Source: Hyaloraphidium curvatum SAG 235-1
Taxonomy: Eukaryota > Fungi > Monoblepharomycota
Direction: 5' to 3'
Length of the DNA stretch: 64,000 bases
Assembly (NCBI GenBank): GCA_025558095.1
Contig: JAIVFI010000007.1
Coordinates: 124,001-188,000 of the forward strand
This document shows positions 57,294-64,000 of the stretch, piece by piece (within the stretch, counting starts at the first letter, position 1; each line of letters starts with the position of its first letter). The position numbers were made by a program, and so were the translations under genes. A model generated the notes under the pieces. That model was given only the letters and a program-made list of their open reading frames with translations. It made no database searches and was not told the DNA's origin.

Positions 57294-58331
57294 TCACTTC
57301 CGGTTCTCCTTAATGAACGCCACGATCTCGTCAATGGCTGTCACGCACTCCGGCGGCTCCGTCCCTGAGTCTTCCCACCCAAACGCTGGGTTTGCGGGGT
57401 AATCGTCCGGATACTTGATGTTCCACGGCCCGTTGAGGATCCAGATGTGGTTGACGTTCGGGTACACGCTGAACTTGATCGGTGTGCCGCCTTCCTTGGC
57501 CCGAGCTGCAAGCCGGACGCTGTCGTCGTAGCAGATGTCAAGCCCCGCGGCCTGCAGCAGAATGGGGGGGAGCTTGCTGAGGTCGCGGTAGACGGGCGAG
57601 TGCCGCGGGTCGCGGGGGTTGATCCCGCCGGGCAGCAGGAAGTTGTGGTTGAGCATGACCACGATCTCCTTGCGGATGTCGTGTTTGAGCTTCTCGGGGT
57701 CGTCGAGCGATGGCGTGTTCCTGTCCGCAGACAGGAGCGACGTCAGCAACCCTGCGTTGGCGATTGCCGCGGGAGACTGACATGTCAATGTCGGCCCAGA
57801 GCGAATTCGTGATGATGCAGGCAGGGAGGGGCAGCCCGGCGTCCCTGGCATCCGCAGCGCACGAGACGGCGAGGGCGCCGCCCGCGGAATCGCCAATCAG
57901 CACGACCCGGCCCGGCTTGTATCCCGCGGGGCCGATGACGTGCTTGTACACCGCGAGCACGTCCTCGTGCGCGGCAGGGAAGGGGAACTGCGGGGACAGA
58001 CGGTACCTAGAAGCCAGCGTGCGTTAGCCCGGGGGCGTTGCACGCGCTCGGAGGAAGATACCGACTCGACAGCGGCCACCTTGCATCCGAGCGCCTTTGC
58101 CAGCCTCGCCGTGCCCCTCCTCGCCCACGCAGCGAGGCCCGACGAATAACCTCCCCCGTGGGTGTACAGCACGATCGTGTCGGGGTCCGTGACCCCGCTC
58201 TCCGGGATCGTCCACTCCACGTCCACGCCGCCGAGCTCGCCACGCTCAAGGCGGACGCCCTCGGGCTCGATGATGAGGGGCCGGAAGAGGGCCATCTGCC
58301 GCTCGATCTGCTCCGCGATTTCGGGCTTCAT
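57294..58331 (-). CDS. HSL-family alpha/beta hydrolase (esterase/lipase), 2 introns
   Basis: LYTHGGGY, GDSAGG, LPPILLQAAGLD, NHIW. Confidence 0.9.
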
Positions 58332-58685
58332 TGCGGCGGCGGGCTGCGGGGAAGGTGGAGGAAGGGAGCTGCAGGTCGCGTGTCGAACGAGTGGGGCAAG
58401 GGGGCGCAGACGCGTCGTGCGGGGCGGAAAGAGGCAGGGTGAGATTCTGCAGCTTCTTCGGGCCTGGAATCGTGCTACATTGATTGCAAGTCGGGATTTC
58501 CGCGCTCCTTTGCGAGGTCGGAGTTGATTGCGGGAGACAGTCGGCCCGTCCAGTCCGCCCCCACTCGGCCAAACAGTCATCGAATCTGACGGCCAGCCGA
58601 TGTGGACGCTGGAATCCGGCGATCGGTCACATACTTTTATGCAGTTAGTTACAAAACACAAGTCACTTTGCCATGCTCATGCAGT

Positions 58686-59608
58686 TCAATCGCCGCGGCT
58701 CTGCTTCTGGTGCCCAGGATGCGGCGGAGGAGGATCCGTTATGCCCTTCGGCGCCAGCGGCAGCTTCTCCGTAGGCAGGCGCATCTGCGGCTGGAAGGTC
58801 GGGTTGCTGACCATCTGGACGTTGCGGGCGTCGGCCAGGATCGGCACGAGGCCTTCGACGGCTGCGTGAGACACTTCGAGCGGAGCCGGATGAGCCTGGA
58901 GGGACTACGGGGGAGCAACTTTGACTCACGGCGGTCGACCCGACCCTGGTAGACGACGTCCACGCGGCCGTCCTTGCGCACCAGCACCTGCGTCATCTTG
59001 GGCTCCCTCAGTGCCTCCTCGATGATCTCGTCCGACGTGTCGGCCTGTACCATGACCCAGATCGACTGCCGTAGCGCCTGCTTGGTCACCTGGGTGTATT
59101 CTTGTACCGTAGCGCAGGATTGGCAGAAGCACGAGACGCAAAAGTCGCAGTGGGGGAAGGGGTACTCGGGCAAACCGCGGGTCTCGCGGATGTGCCGCCG
59201 GCGCGGGAGAAAAGCCAGCCACGGGAAGCCAAGGTAGCAAAGGAAGGTCGCCATGAAGCAGTGCAACCAGCACGGGCCCAGTCCTTCGGCTTCCATCATC
59301 CATCCGTGCGTGATCATGGGACAACAGCATCCGAGACACCAGGTCGGGAAATCGTAGCAACAGTTACAGTCCGGCGGTGTAATCCAGCGCCCGTACGCGC
59401 GACAGTTCCCCGTAAGGAAGTCGACGGGGAGGTAGGTCCGCGGAGTGAAGAACCCCTCCGGTTCCCGGAACTCGGGCTCCCCGAGGCGGTAGGACTGCAC
59501 AAAGCGTTCCTCCTCTTCCTCATCCGGCGGAACCTTCTCAGACGCATCAGATGAGACGGTTCCGAGAGCAATCTGGTCTCCTTTGTCCGCCATGGTGGTG
59601 GACGGCAT
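58686..59608 (-). CDS. PLAC8-family Cys-rich protein
   Basis: CNCC.D...CLGCCCPMITHG, RRHIRETRGL, DFCVSCFCQSCATVQE; one 3' intron. Confidence 0.85.
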
Positions 59609-59721
59609 GGTTGAGTTTGGGACCCTGGCCGACGGCGGCCGGACGCGATCATACGCGATCATTGGCAATCGCCGCCTTGCCGCCCAAACAGGAGATTCAA
59701 CTAAAGCTTCTATACTTTATC

Positions 59722-60189
59722 TCATTCTCTTCGTGCATCCTCCGCCGAAAGTTTCTTCGTCATGCGGACGTGCGGCACCCCTGCCTCGTCAAAAGTGGCC
59801 CCCTCCACGGCGAAGCCGAAACCCCTGTAGAAGTCTACAGCAGTCGTCAGAGCATGGAGGTAAACTGTCTGCTGCTGCTCCGTCGGCCCCATTCCCTTCG
59901 ATATCTCGAGCATCCGTCTGACAAGCAAGGTTCCGATGCCTCTCCCGCGATGATCTCGCAACACCGCTATCCGGCCGAGTTTCCCAGACGGCTCCAGTCT
60001 GCCGGTGCCAACTGCAACACCGTCCGATGTCCGTGCAAGCACGTGCCGCGAAATGGGGTCCAGATCGTCGAACTCTTCATCCTCCGTGAAACCTGTTTCG
60101 GCGACGAAGACGGCAGTCCGGACGCTCCGAATCGCGTCGCAATCGGCGGTCCAGCTGGCAATCTCGACGATTGCGGGCTTTGCCGCCAT
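59722..60189 (-). CDS. GNAT acetyltransferase (YjcF/ElaA-like), intronless
   Basis: VRTAVFVAE, VGTGRL, LGRIAVL..HRGRGIG, LHA..AVDFY..FGF, FDEAGVPHVRM. Confidence 0.9.
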   Translation of the reverse strand: MAAKPAIVEIASWTADCDAIRSVRTAVFVAETGFTEDEEFDDLDPISRHVLARTSDGVAVGTGRLEPSGKLGRIAVLRDHRGRGIGTLLVRRMLEISKGMGPTEQQQTVYLHALTTAVDFYRGFGFAVEGATFDEAGVPHVRMTKKLSAEDARRE

Positions 60190-60293
60190 CAACGCGTCCC
60201 GTTGGATTAGGATGCTGCCCTCCGAGGGGACTTATCGCGCAATGGGATGGGAGACGATCACTTGCCTCCAATCCGCACATTCGAGTGCCTTTG

Positions 60294-61525
60294 ATGCTCC
60301 TCATCCGGAGCTCCTTACCGCTAACAACCCTCGCATCTCGCGCATTTGCCGCTGCATTCCGTGGAATGGCCACCGGACGCGCCATCCGGGTGTCCCAGGT
60401 CGGCGGGCCCGAAGTGCTCGCCGTCGCCGAGGGCATAGAGTTCCCCGCGCCCAAGGGGACCCAGGTGCTCATCAAGGCCGCCTACTCGGGGGTCAACTTC
60501 ATCGACATTTACCACCGGACCGGGATGTATCCTCTGCCGTTGCCCTTCACGCCGGGAAGGGAAGGTAGCGGCGTCGTCGAGGCGGTCGGCGAGGGTGTGA
60601 CGACACTGAAGAAGGGGGACAAGGTCTGCTTCCTCAACGGAGGGACGTGTGAGTGGATGGAGGCTGTTTGCGTCTAAAATTTCTTGAACCGACGCGTTCC
60701 TCTTTCCTTGCGCGTTGTTGATTCCGCGGATCGTCCTCTTTGGCACCTCTCCACCCCTCTAGATGCCGACTACGTGCTCGCGGAAAAGCCCGACCAGATC
60801 GTTGCGCTCCCCGACAACGTCACCCTGGAAGCCGGCGCCGCATCGCTCCTGCAGGGCCTCACCGCCCTCACCCTCGTCCGCCAGTCGTATGAGGTGCAAA
60901 AGGGCGATTGGATTCTCGTGCACGCGGCGGCAGGAGGCACGGGCGCGCTGCTCGTCCAGCTCGCAAAGCACTTTGGCGCCACGGTCATCGGAACCACCTC
61001 CTCGCCTGAGAAGGAGGCGATCGCGAAAGCGGCCGGCTGCGACCACGTGATCAACTACAAGACGACGGATTTCGCCGAGGAGGTCAAGAAGCTGACGGGC
61101 GGCAAGGGCGTCGCGGCGGTGTACGACGGCGTGGGGGCGGCGACGTTCGACAAGAGCCTCGCGTCGCTCAAGGCGCCGGGCGGGTTCATGCTCAGCTTCG
61201 GGAACGCCTCGGGCAAGGTGCCGCCGCTGGACATTGCCAAGCTGTCGGCGGGCAACTACCGCCTGATGCGTCCCACGCTGTTTGTCTCGGTCTCAAAGAA
61301 GGAGGACTTCGAGAAGTGTTGGTGCCGGCTTTTCGCGGTCTGCATGTCGAAAGTCTCAAGTGTTGGCGCCCATTTCCCGCAGACTCCAAGCAGCTTTACG
61401 AGCTCATCTCCTCGGGCGTCCTCAAGATTGCCGTGAGCACGGTCTACCCGCTCGACCAGGCCAAGGAAGCCCACACGGATCTGGGGAGCGGCAAGACGAC
61501 GGGGAAGCTGCTCATCAAGATGTAG
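60294..61525 (+). CDS. NADPH:quinone oxidoreductase (zeta-crystallin/Qor), 2 introns
   Basis: GVNFIDIYHRTGMYP, PGREGSG, LLQGLTA, HAAAGGTG, VYDGVG, TTGKLLI. Confidence 0.93.
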
Positions 61526-62166
61526 CCGGGCGGAAAAGTGTACTCGATCTGCGGCATGGTATGAAAGATGATAGTGTCGGCCATGAGAGCGAATGATTGG
61601 CGGGATCGACACGCCATCCGTCCGTCGAACGCCTCCAAAACTCCCCCGCGCCTCACGCGCGCTACCGCCGCGCTCCCTCCCTCTGCGCCACCGAAGCAGC
61701 CCATATGATCCTCCTGGACACGCTGCCGGTGCGGCCGGCCGCGAGGTGCCGCGAGACACCTCCCCATGCCCCTCCTCGCGCCGGCGACGGAAATCGCCGC
61801 CTCTCGCGCGCTGGAGACCGCGAGCCTCGCGTTGCGGCCACGAACGGGCCCGTACATATGTGGAGGTCGGGCTTCCGCAACTCCCCGTCCGGCCCACCGG
61901 GCGGCCACCTCTCCGCGGCCGCGGCCCGCTCTCCTCTCCTCTCGAACAGAACATGCTTGATTGACGGCACGCACGGACGGCTGGCCTCCACCGCGTAGTG
62001 CAACTCCAAGCGGACGGAACGGACTCTGGACGGGGACGGCCACGGCGGCAAAGTGCAGATCCAACGAAAATCAATTCCAACGAGGATACATCTCGGGGGG
62101 TGGCGTTTAAATACGCCGGTGGGGCCTGTCGCCCTGGAGCCTCTCGGGCCGCGAGGGAGGGTGCGC

Positions 62167-63502
<1,336 letters not shown>

Positions 63503-64000
63503 GCGGCCGTGTGCCTGGCCTCGGACGATAGCGGGCACCCGCTCCCCGGCGTATCTAAACGCCACCACCCGGACTCGCGGCGGAGTTGGACTTTGGACGG
63601 AGATGGAGAGGATTGGCTTGGCTTGTACTTTGGGCGATTTGTGGCCCGATAACACGGTTGTTCTCCTTCATCTGCTCGTCCCGACCGCTCTCGGCGCTGC
63701 TGTCCTTCTCCCTTGTCCGCACACTCCCGGAGGCTACCCGAGTGCCCTACCGCCCTCCAGCACCCTGCTGCCCCGCCGTCATGGGGAGGGGGGGGGGGGG
63801 AAAGGAGGGGGGCAACCATATCGACCTTCTTTGACTGCTCCGACCCTCAGTCAACTGCTCAGCACCAGGACACGGACTTCATCCGCCGCGCAGCCCAGTC
63901 CAATCCGTGAATCGCCCCCGGCCGGCCTCCCCACGAACCGGCTCCGCAATTCTCTTGACAGCCCGACCGCGCCGTACATTGGCGGCCACCCCGCTGCATC

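Noticed and set aside
63783-63812. G-run with G-quadruplex potential
   Set aside because: A single low-complexity tract in a GC-rich genome with no other support

Overview
Eukaryotic, very GC-rich, gene-dense window with many short (about 45-80 nt) GT-AG introns. It looks like an early-diverging fungus (inference: chytrid/Monoblepharidomycete type, from intron style, DUF4360 genes and an H2A ending in SQEV). Most long ORFs in the track are antisense or off-frame shadows. Recognisable genes, left to right: Zn-alcohol dehydrogenase, D-2-hydroxyacid dehydrogenase, aldo-keto reductase, FAD-linked oxidase, secreted S1 protease, MYND finger, multi-TM protein, Venus-flytrap single-pass receptor, formaldehyde-dehydrogenase-like MDR, glutaredoxin, F-box, SDR, APH-like phosphotransferase, NSA2, RING-TRAF, ATP-grasp protein, ZIP transporter, crotonase, SAM methyltransferase, two DUF4360 genes, Baeyer-Villiger monooxygenase, HSL-family esterase, PLAC8, GNAT, quinone oxidoreductase, and a divergent H2A/H2B pair. 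The main finding is that the first DUF4360 gene is split: its 5' exons end at 42026 and its in-frame last exon starts at 50032. The 8 kb between them holds about five intron-containing orphan genes, including a large multi-zinc-finger protein with possible degenerate HUH/Rep-like segments. A hairpin lies near each end and I see no recognisable transposase, so this is a candidate novel cargo-carrying mobile element inside an intron. Other structure: a diverged direct repeat of about 700 bp (10.7 and 15.0 kb), an inverted copy of the NSA2 3' end 6 kb away, and a BVMO motif encoded by three consecutive microexons. Gene models were spliced by eye, so boundaries are approximate.
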